This document shows positions 1 to 11,178 of a stretch of DNA of 64,000 nt, in pieces (the first letter of the stretch is position 1; the number at the start of each line of letters is the position of its first letter). Location of the stretch: contig NC_083228.1 of assembly GCF_032191835.1 (NCBI RefSeq), forward strand, positions 71,548,001 to 71,612,000, given 5' to 3'. Origin of the DNA: Heteronotia binoei (lineage: Eukaryota). Position numbers and translations under genes: made by a program. The notes under the pieces are model-generated. The model saw only the letters and a list, made by a program, of their open reading frames with translations, searched no databases and was not told the DNA's origin.

Positions 1-697
1 AAAATCTGTTGACTCTTGATATTCTCTCCTCTTTTGTCTCACAGGCCAGGGAACCTCTCTCGGAATTTTCACCATGTTTCCAGCTATCATCATTGGTCTA
101 TCTCTTACTTGTTTTAAAATGTCATCTTTGGTCCTCTTTCTTGTAAATCTCAAATGAACTTCACTAGGCAGTTTATTTCGTCTTGTATAGCTCGAAGGTA
201 CCCATCTAACTTGGTCAAATTCTTCTTCCATCTTCTCAGGTGTCACCTGTAAGATTTCAGCCAAGGTTTCGCTTAGAATTTTCTGTAAATCTTCATTTTT
301 CTCTTCTGGTATGTTTTGAAACCTCAACATATATGCAGCTCTATCTACTTCCAGTTGTAAGATTCTAGAATCTTATGCTCTGTTCTTTTTCCAGATGTTC
401 CACCTTTTGAATATTCTCTGTCACCTGACCGTCTAGTACTTTTAAAGCCTTGTTGGTCTCAGCTGTCTGTCTGCTGTTCTCCAAAAGCTCTTTTTTAATC
501 TCTGCCATCTGTTCACCAATGTTATCTACTTTGCTTGTTAACTGTACTATAGCAGTCATTAAAGCAGTTTGCATTTATTTTATATTTCCTTGCATGGTCA
601 TAAATTTGCCTGGTCCAGATGGAGGGTTAGGTGAAAGAAATGTTTGCTTTCCTTCTTTGTTGTCTTTTCTTTTGACAGTTTCTTTGGGACCACTCAT
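1..697 (-). pseudogene. L1 ORF1p, disrupted by an in-frame TAA at 575-577 and a frameshift near 375
   Basis: Manual translation gives MSGPKET... a coiled-coil region, then after the frameshift LEVDRAAYMLRFQNIPEEKNE...EVPWPVRQKR. This matches LEMEKAAYILRFQNLPEEKNE...DVPWEVRQRR of the intact ORF1 at 55970. Confidence 0.9.
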
Positions 698-1048
698 TCT
701 TGTTGAAATAAGCACACTCACAACCACAATTCCAATAACACCTCTTCCACGTTTGTTTTGAAACCCTATGTTCCTGTTTATACCAGATAAGTTAAACTCC
801 ACCAAAGAATACCCTTGTTATAAAACAGTTCAAAAATGAAAACAACCTTCTGGCTTCTATCAACAGTTTGTGTTAGCCAAAACAATGCGAAAAATAATAA
901 TAAACACCATTTTTCAGTTCACCACAGTAGATAGTCAATAGGGAAAACAGTTCAGTTCAGTTCAGTAGAGCAGCAGCCATTCCCTGTTATGTGCAGCAAA
1001 GTTAATTCAATTGTAATCCAAATCACCACCACATCTTCCAGCTAAATT

Positions 1049-1680
1049 CCAGGTATAGAGGCTGCAAAGTGTAAATCTGTAATCCAGGGTTGATTACCCT
1101 AGTTGTAATTCAAGAGTGAGAGCCAAAATCAAACTATAAACCAGTAATCCAGACACAAATAAAAGAAAATTAACAAACCCAAAAATAGAAACAAAAAATG
1201 CAGGTGCATAAAACAAAAGGTCAATAATCCGGGTACAGAGGCTATAAAATATAAATCTGTAATCCAGGGCTGATTACCCTATTTGTAATCGAAGGGTGAG
1301 ACCCAAAAACAAAGAATAAACAAGTAGTTCAGACAAAAAGGGAAAAGAAAACCAGTAAACCCAAAAATAAAGGCATACAGGTAGAAGAAGAAGAAGAAGA
1401 AGATATTGGATTTATATCCCGCCCTCCACTCCGAAGAGTCTCAGAGCGGCTCACAATCTCCTTTACCTTCCTCCCCCACAACAAACACCCTGTGAGGTGG
1501 GTGGGGCTGGAGAGGGCTATCACAGCAGCTGCCCTTTCAAGGACAACCTCTGTGATAACTATGGCTGACCCAAGGCTATTCCAGCAGGTGCAAGTGGAGG
1601 AGTGGGGAATCAAACCCGGTTCTCCCAGATAAGAGTCCGCACACTTAACCACTACACCAAACTGGTACATAAAAAAAAAG
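1049..1680. repeat. Diverged 180-bp tandem duplication in the L1 'A' 5'UTR; the second unit is split by a SINE
   Basis: ccaggtatagaggctgcaaagtgtaaatctgtaatccagggttgattaccct at 1049 recurs as ccgggtacagaggctataaaatataaatctgtaatccagggctgattaccct at 1229. Similarity continues to caggt|acataaaa across the SINE. Confidence 0.8.
1383..1665 (-). mobile_element. tRNA-derived SINE, likely Squam3-type (MIR/Ther1-related), with (TTC)n tail
   Basis: Pol III A box TGGTGTAGTGG (1649-1659), B box GGTTTGATTCC (1606-1616), L2-like 3' end. Near-identical copies lie at 5606 and 38171. The family name comes from recall, not a database search. Confidence 0.85.
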
Positions 1681-2283
1681 AAATCCCAAACCAAAAATCT
1701 TTAAAACCATATCAAAAAATAATCCAACCATAAATGTACACAAGGCAAAAAAGAAAAAAAAAGTAAAATATAAGTTTAAAAGATTGTATCCATATCATCC
1801 ACAAAAATAGATAGAAATCCACTTTAAAAATTTGCAAAATGTTCTTCTTACCACCAGAGATCCTGCTATGTCTTATAGATCAATATCAGGTACCCACCAA
1901 CTTTTAATAGTTTCTTAAAGTACTTATAAATTCAGTCAGAGCACTTCAACTTAAACTTCAAATTATTTTTAAGCCAACCAGCTTTCACATCCATGTGCAC
2001 TTGTCAGCATACATCTTCCCCAAAAACCAAAGCATTTTCATCCCCCAAAGGGGGTTTAAGACAACTAAATTCAGTCATCCACTAGAAGTTGATGAAGTCT
2101 CTTACTGCAGGTATTTTCAGTGTCTCAGGTTAGGCAGACCTTTACAAACCTTGAAAAAGAAAGAGGGGGGGGCATGGCGTTGTGGGCTTTGCAAATGGAC
2201 ACCTAGACACGGAGCTCCTCTCTCCTTCCCCCCTTTTGATGGCTTAAACACCACTCAGATGCCTTAAATTTCACCACCTTGCT

Positions 2284-3287
2284 ATGGGCAAGAAGGCTGG
2301 ACATAAAAGCAAGAAGGCTGGTACAACTCCAGGCTCAGTACAAGCTTATTTCACCCGGGGGACCTGCTCTTCCACTCCAGTGACCCCTTCAACATCGGCT
2401 GACAATATGGCATCAGGAAGAGAGAACTCTCCTGACGGGGACTTCTCAGTCTTCAGACACGAGGTAATGGAAGGCTTTTCATAACTTAGAGACTAAATTT
2501 ACCTGCCTTATTCAGTCAATTTCAGACCAAATGGCAGAACTTAAATCTTCTATGAATAAAATAGCAGAAACAGCCGATTCTGCATTGACCGCAACATTAG
2601 CTCTGCAAGAAGACGCGCAGTATTTTTATAAACAATATGAACGGGTCACTGACAAGTTAATAGCAATGGAAAACCACCTTAAAGACTCTAATTTTAAACT
2701 GTGCGGCCTTCCTGAATGGGTTCATCTTCTGACTCCTAATTAAGGACTGGTTAATACAAACATTTAACTACACCCAGGAGAATTGCCCTGTGATTGATGC
2801 TGCCTATAGACTGGGACCTCTTCATAAACAACATTCCACCTTTCCCAGAAACATTTTGGTGCGGCTGACTAACTCTCAAGCCAAAGCAAAGATAATTTCT
2901 CTTGCATACACTAAAGAAACCCTGCTACTTCAAAATCACAAGGTGCAAATACTACAAGATCTTTCAGCTGAAACACTTCAGAGAAGGAAAATTCTGAAGC
3001 CTATTCCTACTGCTTTAAATGATGCACAAATAAAATTCCGCTGGTCTGCTTATTGCAAACTCCAAGTAACTCTTCAGGACCATACCTACAATGCCTCTGA
3101 TTTGGATTCCGGAGTGCAGCTTCTCAAAGACTTGAATTTACCAGTGCCTCCAGACCTTCTGCATGAGGAAAATGCTGATCTGACTCATCCTATGCCTTCT
3201 AGATGGAACAGAGTTCCTGGAAAACGTTACAGAGACGAACGCTCTTACCCACAATTTTATTTTCTAGATTTTCAATGCTACACTTGA
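2284..3287 (+). pseudogene. L1 ORF1p of element B, broken by stops and two frameshifts
   Basis: ORF pieces 2284-2484, 2531-2743 and 2790-3287. They carry L1 ORF1 RRM/CTD-like motifs (NFKLCGLPE, IDAAYRLGP, PRNILVRL, QILQDLSAETLQRR). Confidence 0.85.
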
Positions 3288-3939
3288 GTAGCTTGCTGAA
3301 AATTGCCTTGTAAATCACTGTTTGACTTTTATGGTGGTGACTGTCTTCTTTAACTTTCACACTGAGCGTTTAAGGGGGGGAGGGGCTGTGGTGGGAGTTT
3401 CCTTATGGATTTCTCCCTTTTATCTCTCTATTTTCTTCTTTCTCCTCCCCTGTCTCTCTCTCCTCTCCCTTTTTCTCCTTTTCTTAATCTTGGGGGGTTT
3501 TTTATTCAGCTGTCTTGGGAGGGGAGGGGGTTGGAGCTTCCGGTTTTTAGCTCCTTATTGGTTTCATCATCTACGTTAAACTATAGTATTTTTTAAGTAA
3601 GACCCATACAATTGGTTACTGTTGACATAGGTGTGTTTTAACCTTGTAGTTATCCATTTTGAGATATTCTCTATTTAAAGAGAAAGCAGAGCTCACAAGT
3701 TAGCTCTGCATTTTATTTTAAACATGTTTGTTCTGTTCATTATTCTCTTAGTTCACCTTTTCTGCAGCAGAATCATCAGCAACTTGTATTTGTTTGGTAT
3801 TATTCAAATGGGGAAATCTTACACTATGTATATTCCATTAGCATTCTGGTTGTGCTTACTGTAAACCTAGTTCAGACGATCATTATTCCCTTTTTTCATG
3901 CTATATTAAGAATGCTCATTCTCATAGTTTGCTATAAAT

Positions 3940-6900
3940 ATGACTCTACCTCAACTTAAATTACTTTCTTTTAAATGCCGAGGCCTCAACAATTTGATTA
4001 AGAAAAAAAGGGTTATGACTGCCATCCTCCAGCAAAAACCTGATGTTGTTATGCTACAAGAAACCCACCTGAAAAATTCATACTCAAAGGTATTTAATTC
4101 ACTTTTTTTTCCTATCAGTTTCAAGCTCAAGGCTCCTCCAAGGCGAGGGGTGTAGCAATTCTGATTAGTAAGTCAGTTAGATTCAACTTGGAAAGCATAC
4201 AAACTGACCCACAGGGAAGATTTCTTTTTTTGAATGGTTCTCTAAATGGGCACAAACTAACTTTATCCTTTATTTATGCACCAAATGAAAATCAATTGGA
4301 TTTCATAGATAATACCTTAACAGAATTGGATCATTTTCACTCTGGTCCTATCATTATTGGGGGCGACTTAAATTACATAATTAATCCCTTACTAGACAAA
4401 TCTAGTACACCTTCACAAGTACATAAACGATCTCAAAACAGTAAGGCTGTTACCAAACTAGCCAACATACTAGCCAACCATAACCTCTGTGATATCTGGA
4501 GAATTAAACATGGCACTGAAAAAGACTTTACTTATTTTTCCCCACGCCACTCAGTTCACACTAGAATAGACTATTTTTTAGTCTCTAACTCAAGTCATGA
4601 TTCCATCCTAAAAGTTAACATAGGCCCAAAAATATGGTCCGACCACTCCTGGCTAGAGTGTTCTCTTGTGGATGATGAGAAAAGCTCTTGCAGCTACAAC
4701 TGGAAGCTGAATAAGCACTTGTTAACTATGAAATCAATCACAGACACTTTGGAATCTGATATTAATGAATACTTTAATATAAACTCTCACTGTGGAACCC
4801 CAAAACAGATAATATGGGATGCTTTCAAAGCTGTCCTTCGAAGCAAACTTATAGCCATTGTCTCTACCTATAAAAGAGAACAACACAAATTACGTTCAGA
4901 ACTAGTTGTTAAGATATCTAAATTGGAAGATGAGCACAAAAAAATCTGGAAGAAAAAAAACTTATGCTAAATTGATTATGGAATGTAAAAAACTTGAATC
5001 ACTAGAAGTAACAAAGATCCCAAAGCAGTTGCTTTTTACAAAACAAAAATATTGGCACAAAAGCCCTCAGTCACTCAAACTGTTGGCTTGGAGAGTCAAG
5101 AAAAGACATGTGGAGAAAAACTCCACATTTGTGCACTCAATAAGAAATACCAAAGTGTTGATAAAACATTCTACCAAAGTCATAGCAGATGTGTTTAAAT
5201 CATATTACCAATGGTTATATTCTTCTACTGAACCTTCTTCAGACAGAATTAAAGCATTTCTCAATTCTCATTCTCAGTTGAAAAAAAATTTCACCTGATC
5301 TTAAGTCCTTCATAGACCAACCAATCACTGCCCAAGAAATTCAGGACACAATCCGTTCAATGAAATCTAATAAGTCTCCTGGAAGAGTCGGCTTCATAGT
5401 AGAGTTTTACAAATACTTTAATATTTTACTGTCTCCATATCTAGCCAATATATGCAACCATGTTCTTGAAACTGGAGATATGCCCTCAACCTGGTCCGAC
5501 GCAAAGATCATAGTAATCCCCAAAAAAGAGAAAGACCCTCTGGATACTGGTTCATATAGACCAATATCCTTGCTCAATACAGATTATAAAATATTTACAG
5601 CTACCAGTGGTGTAGTGGTTAAGTGTGCGGACTCTTATCTGGGAGAACCGGGTTTGATTCCCCACTCCTCCACTTGCACCTGCTAGCATGGCCTTGGGTC
5701 AGCCATAGCTGTGGCAGAAGTTGTCCTTGAAAAGGCAGCTGCTGTGAGAGCCCTCTCCAGCCCCACCCACCTCACAGGGTGTCTGTTGTGGGGGAGGAAG
5801 GTAAAGGAGATTGTGAGCCGCTCTGAGACTCTTTGGAGTGGAGGGCGGGATATAAATCCAATATCTTCTATCTTCTTCTTCTTCTTCTACCCTTGTTGCT
5901 AGATTGAACTCCTTCATAGGCAAATATATTCACCATGACCAGCCGGGTTTTATCCCAAACAGAGAACTCACAGACAATCCAGAAAACTGATCAATATAAT
6001 CACTTATTGCAAAATATTTCAAGTTGATTCTTCATTTATTTTGTCAATTGATTTTGAAAAAGTGTTTGATACCATTGAGGCCCTCTACTTATTTAACCTT
6101 TTAGAATACATGAACTTTGGCCCAAACTTTCTTTGAACTATTCAGGCTTTATATAGCTCTCCTAAAACTATTATCTCCATTAATAACCATGACTCTGAAG
6201 AATTTGAGTTGTGCAGAGGTACAAGACAGGGCTGTCCCCTTTCCCCTCTACTGTTTGCCCTTGCCATTGAATCCCTGGCAAATGCTATACGTCATGATCC
6301 CCTTATTTCTGGAATCTCTTTTAAAGATCATTTTACAAAACTTTCATTATTTGCAGATGATCTAGTTATTTTTACTACACACCTAGAACACTCTCTTCAG
6401 GCAATTTCAAATCAGCTACACCATTTATCTTTAGTTCAGGCCTTAAAGTTAATCTATCCAAATCTGTTTTGTATGATATCATACTTTCTAAGCAGCACCA
6501 AGAATACATTCATTTGCATTTTAACTATAAGTGGCCGGCTAAATATTGGACCTATCTAGGGGTGAACATCCCTGTAAATCTTGGTGAACTATTTCACAAT
6601 CACTATAATACAATCATTATTTTCTAAACAAATCCATACTGTCACTCCAGCAAAACAAATCTTCTAACTTTACCCCTTGGATAGAAAAAATTCAAATATT
6701 AAAATCCTTCATTTTCCCTAAATTTTTATTTTTATTTAGAGCCCTTCCAATCCTTATTCCAGCAGATCTCTTTACAACCTGGAAACATTCTTTTATTTTC
6801 TACATCTGGAATAAAAAATCACCTAGAATTAGTTACAACACCCTGATTTGCCCTTCAGATCAAGGAGGACTCGCCCTTCCGGATCTCAAAAGGTACTACG

Positions 6901-8162
6901 AAGCAGCTATTTTATCTGGTCTTCTCAAACAATACAATTCAAATTTTCAATCAGACTGGAAACTGATTGAACATGAATATTTAGACAATAAATCTTTTCA
7001 AAGTATTCTTTGGGAAACCTTTGGGAGGTTTGGAAATCTCTTACTTTGGAAACCTTTGGAAATCTCTTACTTTGGGAGTAAGAGACCACCCAATTCTTTA
7101 AACAACCCTTTTCTAAAAGCCTCCCTATCCATTTGGGACAAACTAAAGCCTCATCTTGAACCTAAGGTTTCACCTATCTCTCACTTTCTCACCCAATCGT
7201 GGTTTCAACCTGGTTTTTCTACAGACTCCTTTCATATCTGGATATCTTTCAACCTTGTAAGTTTTCCTGACATACTTTCAGATGGTAAGCTCCTGGGAAA
7301 AAGCCAGTTAGAAGACAAAATTCACCACCCTCTTAATTGGTTTGAATATCTACAGGTAAAACACCTTATTGATCAGGTATCAAAATCTCATAATTTGGCT
7401 AGGCCTCTTACTTTTTTTGAACAATTCCTATCTAATTCACCTGCTACATTCAGAGGCTTAGTCTCCTTCTTATACAAAGGCTTAATTCTTGTAGACTGCA
7501 CACACCCTTCCTCTTACCAGCACCCATGGCATTTAGACTGTAAAACACAATTTACCAATGATCAGTGGGATCATATCTGGTCTTCTCACTCACACACCTC
7601 TTCCTCCTTAAATATTCAAAGACTAAGCTATAAAATATTATTGAGGTGGTACATAACACCACAAAAATTACACCATATATCATCAGAACATCCTCCCTAT
7701 TGTTGGAAAGGTTGTGAGAGAGAGGCAGACTTCTTACATTGCTGGTGGCACTGTACATTTGTTAAAGAATCCTGGATTTCAGTTGTATCACATATCAAAA
7801 CTATCACTGGTTACGCCATCCCATTTATTCCTGAAGTGATATTATTAGACCTGTGGCCTGATTTAATAATTTCACAGTTTAGCAAATCTTTAATTTCAAC
7901 TTTACTTATGGCTGCCAAAATGGTCATAGCTAAGAACTGGAAGACCTCTGGTCTGTTATATCTTAAATTTTGGTACTCAACAATATGGGAATTTTATTCC
8001 ATGGACAAAATCCTAGACTCTACAACCCCTTTAGATAGATCTAATACTCCTAAGAACTTATTGCTCAAATTGCTACCCTTCCTTGAGTCATCTTTTTCTC
8101 AAACACCTGCTGCTAGATCCTATATACCATCTCAACTATACGATGTTATTAATTTTATGTAA
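3940..8162 (+). pseudogene. L1 ORF2p of element B (APE endonuclease, RT, CCHC), with multiple frameshifts and a SINE insertion
   Basis: Endonuclease motifs LQETH, GGDLN, RIDYFL and SDH. RT motifs YRPISLLNTDYKI, GTRQGCPLSPLLF and LFADD. C-terminal CWKGC...HCWWHC. Confidence 0.92.
5606..5886 (+). mobile_element. Squam3-type SINE inserted in the RT domain of L1 'B'
   Basis: A and B boxes and a (TTC)n tail. TSD CTACC at 5601-5605 and 5887-5891. ORF2 reads through (KIFTA|TLVARLN) once the SINE is removed. Confidence 0.9.
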
Positions 8163-8827
8163 GGTATGCTATTTTGACGATCATTTATACACTTAAATAA
8201 CTTTTAAATTACTTTAAAAATAATTTAACTTTGTAATCCAGTAAGTATTGGATCTCATTGTTGTTATGTTTTTCATTTACATTGGTATTACTGCTGCTGA
8301 CAGATGTTTGTTTGTTGTTTTTATAAAGTTATATTTCAATAAAATTTATTTTAAAAAAAAAAAGAAAGAGGGAGAGTTCCCACCCACCCACCCCTTCTCT
8401 GTTTCTTGCCTTACTTAAAATCTGCTCCTGATTCTCCTTTCTCCTGCAAATGCTACCAATCCAAAAAGAAGTATGGGGAAAATACACTTACAGAATAAGA
8501 AGATCAATGTCCTTTATCTTGAAGATATGAAGCTTGAAAATCCAGAATGTAAGGTGATGTGAAGAGAAAGAAGAAGCCGGTGGCTGACCCTCTTGCCATT
8601 TAAAATGGCGATCAGTACAATGAGGCTTGAGGAAAGTGGGATCGGGAAGTAGCCACCTCCGCTGGTATCCCTGATCTACCTCTCAGTCCTCCCACCTTCT
8701 GGGATCCTTCCTGGGCTCCAGAGTCGAGTCGTTCTTCGGGGGCGACCCCTCAAAGTGCTGATTTGAAAGTGGCTCAGGACGCATCGGTGCGAGCCACTTT
8801 CAACCTCTCGCCGCCAAAACCGGAAGT

Positions 8828-10478
8828 AATTTATCCACCTCTTGTATCCATATTGGGCTAGGAAAAGACAACTTTTTATGACCCAAAAATAAAAATCTCA
8901 AACCTACTCTTGTTTAGTGTTACCTACCCAACTATCCAAAATAAAACCATTTCAGGAAACCCTTCTTATTAGAAAGAAATCAATCTCCTGAGTTATGCAT
9001 TAACTTGTAAAATTATCCATATCTATAACAAACATAGAAACTAATGCCATTATCTATTGAAAACAGGTTCAGCATTTTGTCGAGAAATTACTTTGTCTGT
9101 ATTCTTAAAAATTAATCTAAAAAAATTATTTTTACATAAAATTCTTTTCAAAAACTTTTTGGCCCTTTAACTTTTGAATCCATATTTTTTTAAGCAAAAC
9201 AGCTTCTTATAACCCCAAAACAAACAAAAAGAAAAAAAATTCACTTAACCTTCTAGTTTCACATATCAGAATTTCTTACAGAGTCCATGTCCAGCTATCC
9301 ACTGAGAAAAGTCTAATTCAGGAGAGTCTTTTTTCTGAAAGATTTCCACATCATAATTTTTTGGTTGAAATACCTCTTCTCACTTCTTAAAGCAGTCATC
9401 CTTCTCAAAGGAGATAAGAAAAATTCCACAGCCTTTGTTCCTCTCAATCTAGCTTGAGGCAGTCTCCATTTCCAGTCCTCTTTTTTAAATATGCCACAAG
9501 ATTCCATTTTGATTTTCTTTTTTTGATTTCCCAGCAGCTCAGTCTCCCATTTCAATTCCACAAACATCACCATAAATTCCACAGACATCTTTAGCTCTCT
9601 GTTCATGTAGATTTGAGATTTCACTAACTTTCAGCAAAAAAGCTGCCATTTGTTTCTCAACCAGATCGGCCAGTACATCAAGATCTTGCCTCAGATTTTC
9701 AATTGCTCAAAATGTCTTTTTTATAAGAAATTTAGCTTGGCAAAGCCATTTTTCTCTGTCAGCAAACTCAGTCCATTAATCCTGATTAAACAGTAGCTCA
9801 GAGACCCAGATAGCCCGTCCTTCTCAGTCTCCTCCAACTGAAGTTTTAGATGTTAACGTATGAGTTTCAGATCAGACAACAAGGAAAAATCACTCTAACA
9901 GGTATCTCATTTTGTTCAGACTATATTGCAACCAAATAATAGTCTCTTTAGGAAATATCCAATTATGATCTGGGTCGGTTTAAATGTCCATATTCTAATT
10001 ATTTCAAATTGTTTCCAGCATTTAAAGATGTTGTTTGACTTTCCACGGCCTCATTCACAGGGAAATTAGAGACATCGATCTCTTTCCCTTCTTTTGAACT
10101 ATTAAGTCATTTGAACATAAGAAAGACCCATTAGCATTTGACAATAGAAAGCAAACTCACTTGCATTGCAGATTTATCGTGCTTGAGATAGAGTGTTGGT
10201 AGATCAAAGGTTTGCTAGAGAAAAGAAAGGCAAGCAGTCGAGCGTTCGTCTCTTGTTGCTGTCACGATGGGGAGAGCTTCAGAGCACACAGAAGGAGCAG
10301 GAGCAACAGCCGTTGCGCCCCCGCTCCACTGTAAAAAGCCCCATGCCTAAGAGACCCTTCCTGGGTCTCTTTGGGGGTGTCAGATCAGTGACACCCCTCC
10401 CCCTGCCCAATCAGGGGGAGTCACAAGCAGGAGAGCTCATGATTCCACCTGCTAGCAAGACGACATAGCCCGGAAGCC
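8828..10478 (-). mobile_element. Old, decayed L1-like element 'C' (5'UTR plus ORF1-like remnant)
   Basis: The 5' end reads GGCTTCCGGGCTATGTCG at 10478, a variant of the L1 start motif. A degenerate coiled-coil / LEMETA / RLRG peptide lies around 9313-9700. No ORF2 is recognisable. Confidence 0.45.
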
Positions 10479-10870
10479 ACAAGTGTCTCATCTGTTTGGG
10501 ATAGGCCTCAGGAAATATATTCAATAAAAATAGTTCTGGTTTGAATTGAATCTGTGTCTTCATAATTTTCTGTAATAGTTCATGGACCATTTTCCAATAG
10601 TCTTTCACAATCTCACATGTCCACCACATATGATAAAAAGAACCCACCTGTTTAGCACATTTCCAACATTTGTTTGAATGTTGATTAGTATACATCTTAC
10701 GCAATTTATGTGGGGTCATGTACCATCTATAAAACATCTTATACAGATTTTCTTTAAAGGTTACTGACTTAGTTAATTTAATATTGAATTTCCACAACTC
10801 TCCCATTCTTCTAACATACTATTATGACCCAAGTTTTTCGCCCATTGGACCATACAATCTTTTACTGCCT
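10479..10870 (-). mobile_element. L1 ORF2 C-terminal fragment
   Basis: WKFNIKLTKSVTFKENLYKMFYRWYMTP...CWKC...YHMWWTC...PELFLLNI, homologous to the C-terminus of ORF2 at 56977-60705. Confidence 0.88.
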
Positions 10871-10968
10871 CATTCCTCAAACTTTCTCAAGCCTGCTTTG
10901 CTATAATGATTTGGGAAAGTTCACAGTAAAACCAATATGGCTGCTGTGTTGGTGGGGAAATTCATTTT

Positions 10969-11178
10969 CAGGGCTTTTTTTGAGCAGGAACACACAGGAA
11001 TGCCGTTCCAGCTGACTTGGTGTTAGGGGGTTTTGGCCTAATATGCAAATGAGTCCTGGCTGGGCTTTTTTTTTTTTTTTTACAAAAATCCCTTTGTAAA
11101 ACAATGGTAGTATTAGAGGGTGTGGCCTAATGTGTAAATGAGTCCCTGCTGGGTTTTTTTTTTACTAAAAAAGCCCTG
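10969..11178. mobile_element. Non-autonomous hAT-type MITE (TIR CAGGGCTTTTTT)
   Basis: TIRs cagggctttttt / aaaaaagccctg. 8-bp TSD ttcatttt / gtcatttt (7/8). Related copies at about 14672-14790, 25424-25541 and 46740-46861. Confidence 0.75.

Larger units (their letters stand above)
2168..8363 (+). mobile_element. Full-length but disrupted L1-clade LINE 'B'
   Basis: A ~14-bp TSD AAAAAGAAAGAGGG flanks it at 2154-2167 and 8359-8372. It starts G-run-CATGGCG, has ORF1 and ORF2 remnants, AATAAA at 8338 and a poly(A) tail. Confidence 0.93.
1..8827 (-). mobile_element. L1-clade LINE 'A': 5'UTR plus ORF1, continuing beyond the window start. Interrupted by L1 'B' (2168-8363) and a SINE (1383-1665)
   Basis: The 5' end reads ACTTCCGGTTTTGGCG at 8827 on the minus strand, the same start motif as the intact L1 at 54318. 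The CpG-rich 5'UTR at 8373-8827 continues at 2153 and runs to the ORF1 ATG at 697. The ORF1 peptide resembles ORF1 at 55970. Confidence 0.85.

Noticed and set aside
1600-1665. tRNA genes at the SINE heads (also 21237 and 21506)
   Set aside because: Only A/B boxes are retained, there is no full cloverleaf, and each continues into a SINE body.
1329-1694. Protein ORFs GVVVKCADSYLGEPGLIPHSSTCTC... (also 5711-5902, 38062-38421)
   Set aside because: These are translations of the same SINE; they recur because the repeat recurs.
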